A stretch of DNA of 64,000 nucleotides from Candidatus Entotheonellaceae bacterium. GTDB lineage: Bacteria > Tectomicrobia > Entotheonellia > Entotheonellales > Entotheonellaceae. The notes beneath the pieces were generated by a model that did no database searches, was not told where the DNA came from, and was given only the letters and a program-made list of their open reading frames with translations. The translations under genes and the position numbers were made by a program. The DNA is taken from contig OZ250173.1 in assembly GCA_965238075.1 (NCBI GenBank), positions 2,944,001 to 3,008,000 of the forward strand, in the 5' to 3' direction. This document shows positions 1-9,341 of the stretch, piece by piece (position 1 is the stretch's first letter; each line of letters opens with the position of its first letter).

Positions 1-60
1 CCGACAGGTCTGAGTCTTCAACACACTGTTTTTTCTGATGCAAGGGAAGGGGAAGCCTGG

Positions 61-861
61 ATGAATTACGAAGAAATCATCTATACCGTAGAAAATCGTG
101 TGGCCACCATCACGCTGAATCGCCCCGAATCACTGAATGCGTTCAGCGATCAGATGCTGACGGAGTGGACGGACGCCTTGCTGCGCGCCCAGGCCGACGA
201 CGAAGTATGGGTGATCATGGTCACCGGCGCGGGTCGCGGATTCTGTTCCGGTGGCAACGTCAAGGGCTTCGTCTACAGCCCCGACGCAACGCCGCCGCCC
301 CTGCACGAGCAGCGCAACCACATGCGCCATGGTGTGCACCGGGTGCCGCGCGCGGTCTCGCAACTCGACAAGCCCTATATCGCCGCCGTCAATGGTCCGG
401 CCGCCGGCGCCGGCATGGACATGGCCAGCATGGCGGACATTCGCATTGCCTCCGACAAAGCCAAGTTCGTGATGAGCTACATCAACATGGGATTGGTGAC
501 CGGTGACGGCGGCGCCTACTTTTTGCCCCGTATCGTCGGCCTCGCCAAAGCATACGAACTGATCTGGGGCGGGGAACCGTTCGACGCTCACGAAGCCCTG
601 CAGATGGGCTACGTCAATCACGTCGTGCCGCATGAGGAATTCGCACAATTCGCCCAGTCGTATGCCGAGAAATTGGCACGCAAGCCACCGATCGCAACGC
701 AGCTTATCAAGCGCGCGGTGCGTAAGGGCCTGAATTCCGACCTCGATTCCACCCTCGATTATCTGGAATGGGCGATGCTGATCTGTCGCAGCACGGAAGA
801 CTCCCAGGAGGGCCCGCGGGCTTGGCGGGAGAAACGCCCGCCGGTGTTCACCGGGCGCTAG
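61..861 (+). CDS. Enoyl-CoA hydratase/isomerase (crotonase) family protein
   Basis: ATITLNRPESLNA, GRGFCSGG, AAVNGPAAGAG motifs; C-terminal KRPPVFTGR. Confidence 0.93.
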   Translation: MNYEEIIYTVENRVATITLNRPESLNAFSDQMLTEWTDALLRAQADDEVWVIMVTGAGRGFCSGGNVKGFVYSPDATPPPLHEQRNHMRHGVHRVPRAVSQLDKPYIAAVNGPAAGAGMDMASMADIRIASDKAKFVMSYINMGLVTGDGGAYFLPRIVGLAKAYELIWGGEPFDAHEALQMGYVNHVVPHEEFAQFAQSYAEKLARKPPIATQLIKRAVRKGLNSDLDSTLDYLEWAMLICRSTEDSQEGPRAWREKRPPVFTGR

Positions 862-2638
862 GCAGCAGGTCGCCGAAAGCCTTCACCAGCAGCGGCACGG
901 AATCGGCCCAGTCGGCCACGATGCCGATATCGGCGTGCTCGAAAATGGCCGCCTGGGGATCGGAATTGATCGCCATTACCGTGCCGGCGGCCTGAATGCC
1001 GCAGGTGTGATTGAAATTGCCGCTCACGGCCATGCCGATATAAAGATTGGGCGCAATGCTGCGGCCGGTAATCCCAACTTGACGGGCGTGCGGTAACCAG
1101 CCCTTATCCGTCACCTTCCTCGTCGTCGCGAGCTCGGCTCCCAGAATCGCCAGCATGGGATCAAGCTCCGGGTAGCGCTCCGGCGGAATTCCCATGCCAA
1201 CACCCACGACGCGCGACGCCATGGCCAAGGAATCCAATTGGTCGTTCCGTTGACGCGAGACAACCCGAACCCGCGAAGCCGCCTCAACGCGATGCCGCTC
1301 TATGGAAGGCGGACGCGGTTTGCGCGGTGTCGGGCGGGGCAGCACGCCAGGGCGCACGGTAGCCATTTGAATGGCTGACGTCGAACGGATTGCCGCCACC
1401 AGCCGCCCGCCAAAAGCCGGTTTCCAGCTCACCAACTGCTCATCTTCATAGTCCAGTGCAATCGCGTCCCCCGTCAGGCCGGAGCCGGTACGGGCCGCAA
1501 CGCGTGAGGCCACCTCGCGTCCCCACGAGGTGCTCGGGGCAAACAGGCACCGGGGGGCGTGGGCGCTGCACCACGACGCCACGAAATGCGCGATGTCTTC
1601 CTCGACGGGCCCGTTGTCCAATACGCAGAGATGATCCGCGCCCCAGGTATAGAATTCCTCCAGCGCCGTGTCGTCCGCTGGGGCGGTCAAAACGCCGGCA
1701 ACGCGGGCGCCGATTTGCGGCGCAATTTGCGCGGCGACGCCAAGCAGCTCACGCGCACTGCCGGCATTGCCCGGTTCCAGGAGAACGACGATTGTGGCGG
1801 CAGGATCAGCCGCGGGTTCGCCCACGGTGTGGACCGCCGGGATTTTTTCGCCGTCGAAAGCGCGGCGCGCCTGAAGCATGGCCATGGCTTCCGCCACCTG
1901 GCTCTGCAGGGCGCCGCTAAGGATGCGGCACTCCCGCTTGACCTCCAACACCTTCGTTTCGCCCACCCAGGTCGGACTACCGGCAGCCCCCCAAGGGCCG
2001 TTGCCCAGATCGGCACTCGTGATCGTGCGTATTTTCTCCGCCGGCACCGTGGCCCTGTCCGCCTCGTCCGCCTTCGCCGGCCGGCACAGACGCTCAGCGG
2101 TCGATATCACAGCAGGGAGGGGCACCTCGGCTTCGACCCAGGCATCGTCGTGCTCGCATCCGACGTGCAGCGTGCGGTCGGGGCGAAGCTCCAGGCTGCG
2201 TACAGCGGCGGCGAACGGCAGGCCCAACAACTCAGCGAGCTCAGGACCCACCTGCCCGGTATCGGCATCAACTGCGTTCTTGCCGACCAGAATCAAGTCG
2301 AAGGGGCCACAGCGTTCGACCACCTCGGCCAATACCTTGGCGGTCGCCAGGGTGTCCGAACCGGCAAACGCCGGATCGGAAATCAGGATGCCGCGGTCAG
2401 CGCCCGCGGCGACGCCCCAGCGAATCACGTCCTCTGCCGCCGGGGGGCCCAGGGAAATCACCGTGCATTGTCCACCGGTGGCTTGCGCCAGCTCGATGCC
2501 CTTGCTGAGCGCGCGCTGGCAATACGGATTCATGGAGAGTTCGACGCCGTCGCGCTGCAAACGACCGTCCGGCCCGAGCGCCATGACTTCAAACTTGGGT
2601 ATTTGCTTCACGAGTGCTGCGACGTGCAGGGGCTTCAT
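848..2638 (-). CDS. Fused electron transfer flavoprotein beta/alpha
   Basis: N-terminal ETF-beta motifs (AGSDTLATA, GKNAVDADTGQVG); C-terminal ETF-alpha FAD domain (RQVGITGRSIAPNLY, AINSDPQAAIF). Confidence 0.9.
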   Translation of the reverse strand: MKPLHVAALVKQIPKFEVMALGPDGRLQRDGVELSMNPYCQRALSKGIELAQATGGQCTVISLGPPAAEDVIRWGVAAGADRGILISDPAFAGSDTLATAKVLAEVVERCGPFDLILVGKNAVDADTGQVGPELAELLGLPFAAAVRSLELRPDRTLHVGCEHDDAWVEAEVPLPAVISTAERLCRPAKADEADRATVPAEKIRTITSADLGNGPWGAAGSPTWVGETKVLEVKRECRILSGALQSQVAEAMAMLQARRAFDGEKIPAVHTVGEPAADPAATIVVLLEPGNAGSARELLGVAAQIAPQIGARVAGVLTAPADDTALEEFYTWGADHLCVLDNGPVEEDIAHFVASWCSAHAPRCLFAPSTSWGREVASRVAARTGSGLTGDAIALDYEDEQLVSWKPAFGGRLVAAIRSTSAIQMATVRPGVLPRPTPRKPRPPSIERHRVEAASRVRVVSRQRNDQLDSLAMASRVVGVGMGIPPERYPELDPMLAILGAELATTRKVTDKGWLPHARQVGITGRSIAPNLYIGMAVSGNFNHTCGIQAAGTVMAINSDPQAAIFEHADIGIVADWADSVPLLVKAFGDLLPSAR

Positions 2639-2651
2639 GGCGACTTCCTCG

Positions 2652-3110
2652 CTAACGGGTTTTCGAGACGTGCGCCGCGATGCTCAGGTTTTCCTGATCC
2701 AGAATGCGGGGCGCGAGACGGCGGTAAAACGGCAGCAGCCAATACCGCACGCCGGGCAGAAGAAACTTGCCGCGCAGACGATTGACGACCGTGCAGCGGT
2801 GGGCATCAATCGGCAGAACGGTGAAAGACTGGCTGTGTGGAAACCAGTCCTTGCCGTCTTCCTGGAGTTCTCCCCACGCCACGTGATAACGGCGATACAC
2901 ACGAATGCGCGCGACCCGCAGGCGCCGATACAAGCCGTAGACGTTGTGCCGGATGGGAACGCACTGGCCCACCTTCGTCACTGGCTCGGCGCAATCCACG
3001 TAGACATGGAAGCGGTTCAGGCGAAGGAGACAGCGCAGATCCGACATCCAGTCCCAGACCGCCTCTGCCGGGGCCTCGATCTGCAAGCGCCGCTCGCATT
3101 CGTAGATCAT
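2652..3110 (-). CDS. SRPBCC/START-like family protein
   Basis: IEAPAEAVWDWMSDL N-terminal signature; 152 aa; tightly packed in minus-strand operon. Confidence 0.7.
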   Translation of the reverse strand: MIYECERRLQIEAPAEAVWDWMSDLRCLLRLNRFHVYVDCAEPVTKVGQCVPIRHNVYGLYRRLRVARIRVYRRYHVAWGELQEDGKDWFPHSQSFTVLPIDAHRCTVVNRLRGKFLLPGVRYWLLPFYRRLAPRILDQENLSIAAHVSKTR

Positions 3111-3149
3111 TGCTCAGTCCGATTTGCGGTGACGGGCACCGGCCCATTG

Positions 3150-4346
3150 TCAACGGGCAAGGCCGAAGGCTACCGCCTTCGCCGCGGGATCCTCGCTGGC
3201 CTGCATATACTCGCCAACCGCGGGGATGAGTTGGCCGATGGCCATCTCGCCCCAAAACCAGACGTGCAAGTCAGGCTCGCTCGTTGACGGCTTTTGCGCC
3301 ATGCGGGCTTCGTAATAAAACGCCTTGAGATCGTCGACGCAGTAGCGGATGAACTGCGGCAGCGACACGTTGGCTGGCCGCTCCTTCATGTCCACCTCTT
3401 CGCCGCGACTGTACGCCTCAAGGAACCGGACGAGGCCGCGCCAGCGCCGCTGCGGAATGCCACTGAGGCCCACGGCGGTGCGGCCATCGTGTTCGTCCAC
3501 CCAGCGCTCGTAAAACGCGCGCAGCCCGGCAATCTCATCGGCGGCGTCCGCGGTGGATTGGGCGCCGTTACGCGTGACGCCGGACGATTGGGGCAACAGG
3601 TCTGGAATCTCTTCCTCGGGGAAGTCCGCCAGGAGCGGCCCCTCCGGCTTCTCAAGGAGTTCAAATGCCGCGGCAATGATCCGGTGCTGTAGATCGGCAT
3701 CGTTCGGCTTGCCCAGAGCAAAGCCAAAGGGGTAGGGGACAAACAACGCCCGCGGCGGCTTCACCTTCTCGACGTGCTCGCGCACCATGGCGAGGCTGAC
3801 GGTAGTGAGACCAGCGGCTTCGAAGACCCGTGCCAACACACACACGGTGTGCGTGCACAGGGGTCAGGTGGGGGTTAGAAAAACAACCTCGGCGCCCTCG
3901 TTCTTGAGTCGCTGTGCGACCTCGGGACCGGTTTCTTCCATGATGCGCCGCATGTCGCGAAGGGCTCCCATGAACGAATAGGCGTTCGGCGCCAAGCTGC
4001 CAACGACGCCCCGTGCGGTCAGCTCACGCAGCCGGTCGAGCGGAAAGGTGACGTTGAGGTCGCGGTAGATGGCAGTGTGGTCGAAGCCGATGCTGGTGTG
4101 GCTCTGCAAAATGTCCGTGGCTTTGGCGTTCGAGGGAATGACGCGGTACGACGTATCGCCGCCCTTCATGTCGGCGGCGAACGGCTTGTCGTCGTGCAAG
4201 TGCAGGCCCGCCGAGGTGACCAATGCCAGGTTGCTGTGTTTCAGTTCCCGGCTCGGCGGCGTCCATGGTGTATCGTCGGGTTCCAGGCAGGGAAAGGATA
4301 ACAGGACCTGGCGCAACACGGCGCTCAGTTGTTCAAGCCTCGGCAT
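3150..4346 (-). CDS. Glycine/sarcosine/betaine/D-proline reductase selenoprotein B-like protein; Sec encoded by in-frame TGA at 3864-3866
   Basis: ORFs 3864-4346 and 3150-3845 are in one frame separated by a single TGA, reading VVFLTPT-U-PLCTHTVCVLARVFEAAGLTTVSL; GrdB/PrdB motifs LALVTSAGLH, DLNVTFPLDRLREL, KPPRALFVPYPFG. Confidence 0.88.
3825..3865 (-). promoter_or_regulatory. Putative bacterial SECIS hairpin immediately 3' of the UGA
   Basis: Minus strand GACCC-CT-GTGC-ACGCACAC-CGT-GTGTGTGT-TG-GCAC-GGGTC folds into a stem-loop starting at the UGA, with G in the loop. Confidence 0.6.
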
Positions 4347-5172
4347 CGCATCCTCCTTCGAGTACGTCGTGACAGGAAACGCTCGTACGTTCCCAGGTTT
4401 CCAGGCACAACGCGGTCAGGGTGCCGCCCCACACGCAGCCGGTGTCCAGCGCATGGACCCCGGGTTCGTTGCAGGCCCCAAGGCTGGCCCAGTGGCCAAA
4501 AATAATGGTTTCCGAGGCATGCAGTCGTCCCGGCATCGCAAACCATGGCAGATAGGGCGCCGGCTGGCTGCCGGGCGGCCCCTTTTCCCGTAAGTCCAAG
4601 CGCCCGACCGGATCACAATACCGCAGGCGGGTCAGGCAGTTGGTGATGTATCCGAGCTGTTCGGCGTAGGGCAGGGACACCGACCACGAATCGCACCGGT
4701 CGCCTGACATTTGCCGCAGCAGGTTCCCGATGCCGGCGCCGCGCAGCCCGGCCTCGACGGCCGCGGCGCACGCCTGTGCCACATCAAGCGTCCACTGCGG
4801 CGGCAGCCCGGCGTGCACCATGGTGATGCCGCGGTCAGCGTCACGATACAACAACGGCTGGCGGCGCAACCAAGCGATCAGGTCGTCGCGGTCCGGCGTC
4901 TCCAGAACGTCGTCGATGGTGTCACCGACCTTGAGCCGTCTGCTACCGCACGCCACCCCCAGCAGGTGCAGGTCGTGATTGCCGAGCACGGTAATGGCCC
5001 GGTCGCCCAGACCACGGACGAAGCGAAGTGATTCGAGCGACTGCGGGCCCCGATTGACCAGGTCGCCGGTGAACCACAGCCGGTCGCGGTCGGGATCGAA
5101 CGGGAGCTTTTCAAGAAGGGCCTGCAGGCTGCCGAAGCACCCCTGCACGTCTCCGATTGCGTAGGTCGCCAC
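4333..5172 (-). CDS. apaH: Symmetrical bis(5'-nucleosyl)-tetraphosphatase
   Basis: MATYAIGDVQGC, GDLVNRGPQSL, VLGNHDLHLL, FGHWA, ALDTGCVWGG. Confidence 0.95.
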   Translation of the reverse strand: MATYAIGDVQGCFGSLQALLEKLPFDPDRDRLWFTGDLVNRGPQSLESLRFVRGLGDRAITVLGNHDLHLLGVACGSRRLKVGDTIDDVLETPDRDDLIAWLRRQPLLYRDADRGITMVHAGLPPQWTLDVAQACAAAVEAGLRGAGIGNLLRQMSGDRCDSWSVSLPYAEQLGYITNCLTRLRYCDPVGRLDLREKGPPGSQPAPYLPWFAMPGRLHASETIIFGHWASLGACNEPGVHALDTGCVWGGTLTALCLETWERTSVSCHDVLEGGCDAEA

Positions 5173-5288
5173 GCGGCCTCCTGCTTGACGCTTCGCCTTG
5201 GCGGGCTATCATGCGGCATCACGACGGCGGGCGGCGAGTGCCATGGCGCCGCCAATCTCCCTGCCACCCCTATTTCGCCAGAGGGCTT

Positions 5289-6026
5289 GTGCCGATCTAT
5301 CGCCTCACCGACAGCCTGACGTTCCCAAACCCAGACGAAGCCGACGCGGATGGGCTGGTAGCCTACGGCGGCGACCTGAGCCCGCACCGGCTGCTGGCCG
5401 CCTACGCGCAGGGGCTTTTTCCCTGGCCGCATGGCGAGGCATGGCCGCTTCTGTGGTTCTCTCCCGACCCACGCACGGTGCTCATTCCGGCCAATCTGCA
5501 CGTCAGCCGCAGCCTGCGGAAAACGTTGCGCCAGGGCGTGTTCACCGTGCGATTCGATACCGCGTTCGACCGCGTCGTCCATGCGTGTGCCACAACAAAA
5601 CGGCCTGGGCAGCAGGGCACGTGGATTACCCCGGGGATGCAGCACGCATACGGCATCCTGCACGAGTTGGGGTTTGCGCATTCAGCCGAGGCATGGGTCA
5701 AAGGCCGTCTGGCAGGCGGCGTGTACGGTGTCTCGCTCGGCGCCGCCTTCTTCGCCGAATCCATGTTCACCCATCGCAGCAACGCCGCCAAGGCTGCGTT
5801 CGTCCACCTCGTCCGGCAATTGGGCGCCTGGGGCTTCCACTTCGTCGATTGCCAGATGCACAGCAACCACCTGGAACGCTTTAGCGCTGTGGCCTGGGAG
5901 CGACCGCATTTTCTGAACGCCTTGGCGCAGGCGTTGCGCCTGCCGACCCGCCGGGGGCGGTGGGCCTTCTCCGACAATCAAGGCGCCACCCCGTCAAATG
6001 GCTATGCTGCACGTCGTCCTATTTGA
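5289..6026 (+). CDS. aat: Leucyl/phenylalanyl-tRNA--protein transferase
   Basis: GLVAYGGDLSPHRLLAAYAQGLFPW, WFSPDPR, AHSAEAW, FFAESMF; start placed at GTG 5289. Confidence 0.93.
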   Translation: MPIYRLTDSLTFPNPDEADADGLVAYGGDLSPHRLLAAYAQGLFPWPHGEAWPLLWFSPDPRTVLIPANLHVSRSLRKTLRQGVFTVRFDTAFDRVVHACATTKRPGQQGTWITPGMQHAYGILHELGFAHSAEAWVKGRLAGGVYGVSLGAAFFAESMFTHRSNAAKAAFVHLVRQLGAWGFHFVDCQMHSNHLERFSAVAWERPHFLNALAQALRLPTRRGRWAFSDNQGATPSNGYAARRPI

Positions 6027-6468
6027 GCCCGAAATTCCCGCCAACACGGGAAACATTATTCGGCTCTGCGCCAACACGGGCGCCCAGCTTCATCTCATCC
6101 AGCCACTGGGTTTCAGCATGGACGACAAACGCTTGCGTCGCGCCGGCCTGGATTATCACGAATGGGTCAGCATCCAAACGCACGTCTCGTTCCAGGCGTT
6201 CTCGGTCGAGGCGGCGTTCACACGCCTGTTTGCGAGCAGCGTGAAGGGCAAGCGAGCCTACCACGAGGTTGCGTATCGGGAAGGGGATGCGCTGCTGTTC
6301 GGCCCGGAGACGCGTGGGCTGCCGGACGACCTCCTGCGGCATTCGCTCGTCGATACCGTTTTGCGCGTCCCGATGCAGCAGACCAGCCGAAGCCTGAATT
6401 TGGCCAACGCAGCCGCCATCGTCCTCTATGAAGCGTGGCGCCAATTGGGTTTCCGCGGTGGGAGCTAA
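5998..6468 (+). CDS. trmL: tRNA (cytidine/uridine(34)-2'-O)-methyltransferase
   Basis: VVLFEPEIPANTGNIIRLC, LRRAGLDY, FGPETRGL, RSLNL. Confidence 0.95.
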   Translation: MAMLHVVLFEPEIPANTGNIIRLCANTGAQLHLIQPLGFSMDDKRLRRAGLDYHEWVSIQTHVSFQAFSVEAAFTRLFASSVKGKRAYHEVAYREGDALLFGPETRGLPDDLLRHSLVDTVLRVPMQQTSRSLNLANAAAIVLYEAWRQLGFRGGS

Positions 6469-6492
6469 ACCCGCGAGCCCGCCAGAAACGGA

Positions 6493-7278
6493 TCAGGACG
6501 TAACGGCTTTGCGCACGTCGTCCCCGTGCTCCTTCCACCAGTTGTAGAGGATGTTCACGTCCGTGCCGATGCAGAAGTGGCGTACGCCCATATCCAGATA
6601 GTACTTCGCCTGGTCGGCGGTGTTGATTTCGGCGCGCGGCGGCACGCCCATGCGCAGGGACGTCTCGATCACCTTACGCTCAACCGCCTTGATTTCCGCC
6701 GAGCCCCGCTGGCCTGCTCGCCCCACGCTCATGGAGTAATCCGAGCCGCCCCACTGGATCATGTCGACGCCCGGCACCGAGAGCACCTCTTCCAGGTTCT
6801 CGACCGCCCCGTCTTTCTCGATCATGATCACTACCACGATATCCCGGAGGGCGCGCACGTAGTCCATGGAGCCGCCGTAACCCATGTAGGTAAAGCGGCG
6901 CGTCGCCACCCCGTAGGTGCCGCCGTCCTCCGGCGTTTCGGGGCGGGCAATGGCAACGCATTCGCGCACCTCGTCGGCCGAACGGCAGTCGGAGAACAGC
7001 ACGCTCTGGAAGCCGGAGCCGATGGCGCGCTGGGCAATAAAGCCCCGCGGCTCCTGATCCACCTTGACCATCATCGACATGTCATAAAGCTCGGCGGCCC
7101 GGCACATGTCGTCGAAAGCATACAGGTCGAAGGGGCCGTATTCGGCGACAAATTCCACGTAGTCATACGTGCCGGTATGGCCGATGGCCTCCACAATGGA
7201 CGGCCACGTGGTGTGAATATGGGTGCCGATAGTGGGTTTATCCGCCTTGAGCAATTCGCGGAACTTGTTCGCTCGCAT
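6493..7278 (-). CDS. HpcH/HpaI aldolase/citrate lyase family protein
   Basis: VVVIMIEK, VPGVDMIQWGGSDYSMS motifs. Confidence 0.85.
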   Translation of the reverse strand: MRANKFRELLKADKPTIGTHIHTTWPSIVEAIGHTGTYDYVEFVAEYGPFDLYAFDDMCRAAELYDMSMMVKVDQEPRGFIAQRAIGSGFQSVLFSDCRSADEVRECVAIARPETPEDGGTYGVATRRFTYMGYGGSMDYVRALRDIVVVIMIEKDGAVENLEEVLSVPGVDMIQWGGSDYSMSVGRAGQRGSAEIKAVERKVIETSLRMGVPPRAEINTADQAKYYLDMGVRHFCIGTDVNILYNWWKEHGDDVRKAVTS

Positions 7279-7310
7279 AGGAACCTCCTGATAAGGTCAA
7301 TGTTACCTGT

Positions 7311-9071
7311 TTACAACGATGATCCCGTGCTGACGCCGGCCTGGCTGGACGCAAGACGGAACGGTTCGGCGGCTTGCCCATCCGCGGGCAGCCCGAGCGG
7401 CAGTTGGACATCCAGAAGGAAGGGGCGTTGTTCGTCCTCAACCACTCGTAAGCCGTGCTCAATCGCGTCCTCGACGCAGGACTCATCCTGCACCCGCATG
7501 CCTTCCACACCGAATCCGGCGGCGATCTGCACCGGATCAATGCCGTCCAGAACCACGCCTGCGTATTCGCTAGCCTGCTTCATGGCGCCATCGGCCAACC
7601 CGAAGAAATTTGCCACGATGCCGTAGGACTGGTTGTTGGGGATAACGTAGAGCACGGGAATGGCGTGATGAACCGTCGTCCAGAGTCCGGAGTCCGCATA
7701 GAACAACGAGCCATCGCCAACCAGACCCACGACCGGGCGATCCGGCGCCGCAAGCTTGAGCCCGGCCGCGGCGCCAATACCGTAGCCTTCCGACCCGCCG
7801 GCTGGTCTGACGTAAACGTTATTGCCGGCGCCAGCCGGTTTCCCCAGACAATCAAGGGGCAGGGCAAATTGCTCAATCATGATCAGCCCGCCGCCGCGGC
7901 GCTCCAGAGCCTCGTCAAGTGTCTGCGCCAGGACCCACGGGCGCACCCGTGAGGATTGGGGCGCCATATTCTGGTGCCTCTCAAGGCGTGTCTCACGCAG
8001 CCGCGCTGCCTGGGCCTGCGCCCGGACCCGTCGTTCGTCGTAGTATCCCGGCGTCGCCTCCTGCAACATCAACGCCTGCAGGCGTGCGAGTGTCCGGCCT
8101 TCGTCCGCCAACACGGCCAGCTCAAGACCCGGGATGTTCTCGAAGTTTTCGACATCCGGACCGATGGCAATCACGCGTCTTGCGTCGGTGAACGGCTGGT
8201 AATCGTCAGGCCGTCCATTGCCGCCGTGGCGGACGCCGATACACACGATGAGGTCCGGATCGAGAGCCGCCACCGCTGGTTCAAACGGTCCGCAATGCAG
8301 GGGATGTTTGATGGGCACGCCGCGCATGTCCCCGAAGAGGGTGGCGACGGCGGCGCCGCAGTGCTCCGCCAGGGCTGTCGCTTGCGCTTCGGCGCCGCTC
8401 TTCCAGACACCGTCGCCCACATAAATCAGCGGGCGCCTGGCGTCGCGCAAGGAGCGGGCAATGGCTTCGACATCGTCATCGGCGGGATATCCGGCCCGGG
8501 GGTCGGGAGCGCCACCCTCGATAATGTTCGTGCTGACCTGCTGGGCATCAAGCAGGCGATCATAGACGGCCAGATGGACAGGGCCGACGGGCGGGGTTTT
8601 GGCCACCCGGATGGCCCGCTCAACGGCTTGCGGCAAGCCTTCCGGATCGATCACGCTCCAGTTGGCCTTGGTAAACGGCGCGGAGATGGCCGTCGGGCCA
8701 AAGTTGTGGCTGAGATCGAGACCGATCTTGTCAGCGAAACTGCCTGTATCGCCGGCAAAGGTGATGACCACGACGGGCAGGCTGCCGGTCCAGACGTTGA
8801 TGAGTTGTCCCAAACTCTGCGCCAAACCGGCGCCCAAGTGGACCACGGTAACGGCGACGTCGCCGTTGGCCTGCGTGTAGCCGCCGGCCATGGCCGTGAC
8901 GCTGCCCTCGTGCAACGCCAGGATGCCGTGGATATCGGGATGCCGGTAGAGCGCATCGAAGAAGTGAGCCTCGCGCGAGCCGGAGTTGTAAAACACGTAT
9001 TTCACGCCGGACGCCACAAGTTGCTCGACGATAAGCTGCGATGGAGTCGCGGTGATGGATCGCATCTGCAT
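7311..9071 (-). CDS. Thiamine pyrophosphate-binding protein (benzoylformate decarboxylase/acetolactate synthase-like)
   Basis: LALHEGSVTAMAGGY; ThDP motif GDGS...NN; start uncertain (9065/9071/9134). Confidence 0.85.
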   Translation of the reverse strand: MQMRSITATPSQLIVEQLVASGVKYVFYNSGSREAHFFDALYRHPDIHGILALHEGSVTAMAGGYTQANGDVAVTVVHLGAGLAQSLGQLINVWTGSLPVVVITFAGDTGSFADKIGLDLSHNFGPTAISAPFTKANWSVIDPEGLPQAVERAIRVAKTPPVGPVHLAVYDRLLDAQQVSTNIIEGGAPDPRAGYPADDDVEAIARSLRDARRPLIYVGDGVWKSGAEAQATALAEHCGAAVATLFGDMRGVPIKHPLHCGPFEPAVAALDPDLIVCIGVRHGGNGRPDDYQPFTDARRVIAIGPDVENFENIPGLELAVLADEGRTLARLQALMLQEATPGYYDERRVRAQAQAARLRETRLERHQNMAPQSSRVRPWVLAQTLDEALERRGGGLIMIEQFALPLDCLGKPAGAGNNVYVRPAGGSEGYGIGAAAGLKLAAPDRPVVGLVGDGSLFYADSGLWTTVHHAIPVLYVIPNNQSYGIVANFFGLADGAMKQASEYAGVVLDGIDPVQIAAGFGVEGMRVQDESCVEDAIEHGLRVVEDEQRPFLLDVQLPLGLPADGQAAEPFRLASSQAGVSTGSSL

Positions 9072-9195
9072 GGGGAATACCTCGCTCGCGGGTCGCCGGA
9101 GTCTGTGCCTTGGAGGGTCAATGATGGGTCGCATGCGTCAAGGTCGATGGCGGGGCGATTATACGTTTGGCCCTGCGGACAATCAAACACGGCTT

Positions 9196-9230
9196 CCTCT
9201 CCCTTGGCGGAAGAGGGTCGGGGTGAGGGG
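9196..9230. repeat. Dispersed CCTCTCCC...GAGGG..GGGGTGAGGG palindromic repeat, copy 1
   Basis: CCTCTCCCTTGGCGGAAGAGGGTCGGGGTGAGGGG; close relative at 56439-56475. Confidence 0.7.
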
Positions 9231-9341
9231 TAAATTGTGGTGCGGCAGCTACCAGGCGCCTTGCCGTTGCGGAGCCATTTCCCTACCCTGGGGCGCGGCA
9301 ATCAACAGGAGATGAATCAAACAAAGACAACGGGAGCCGCC

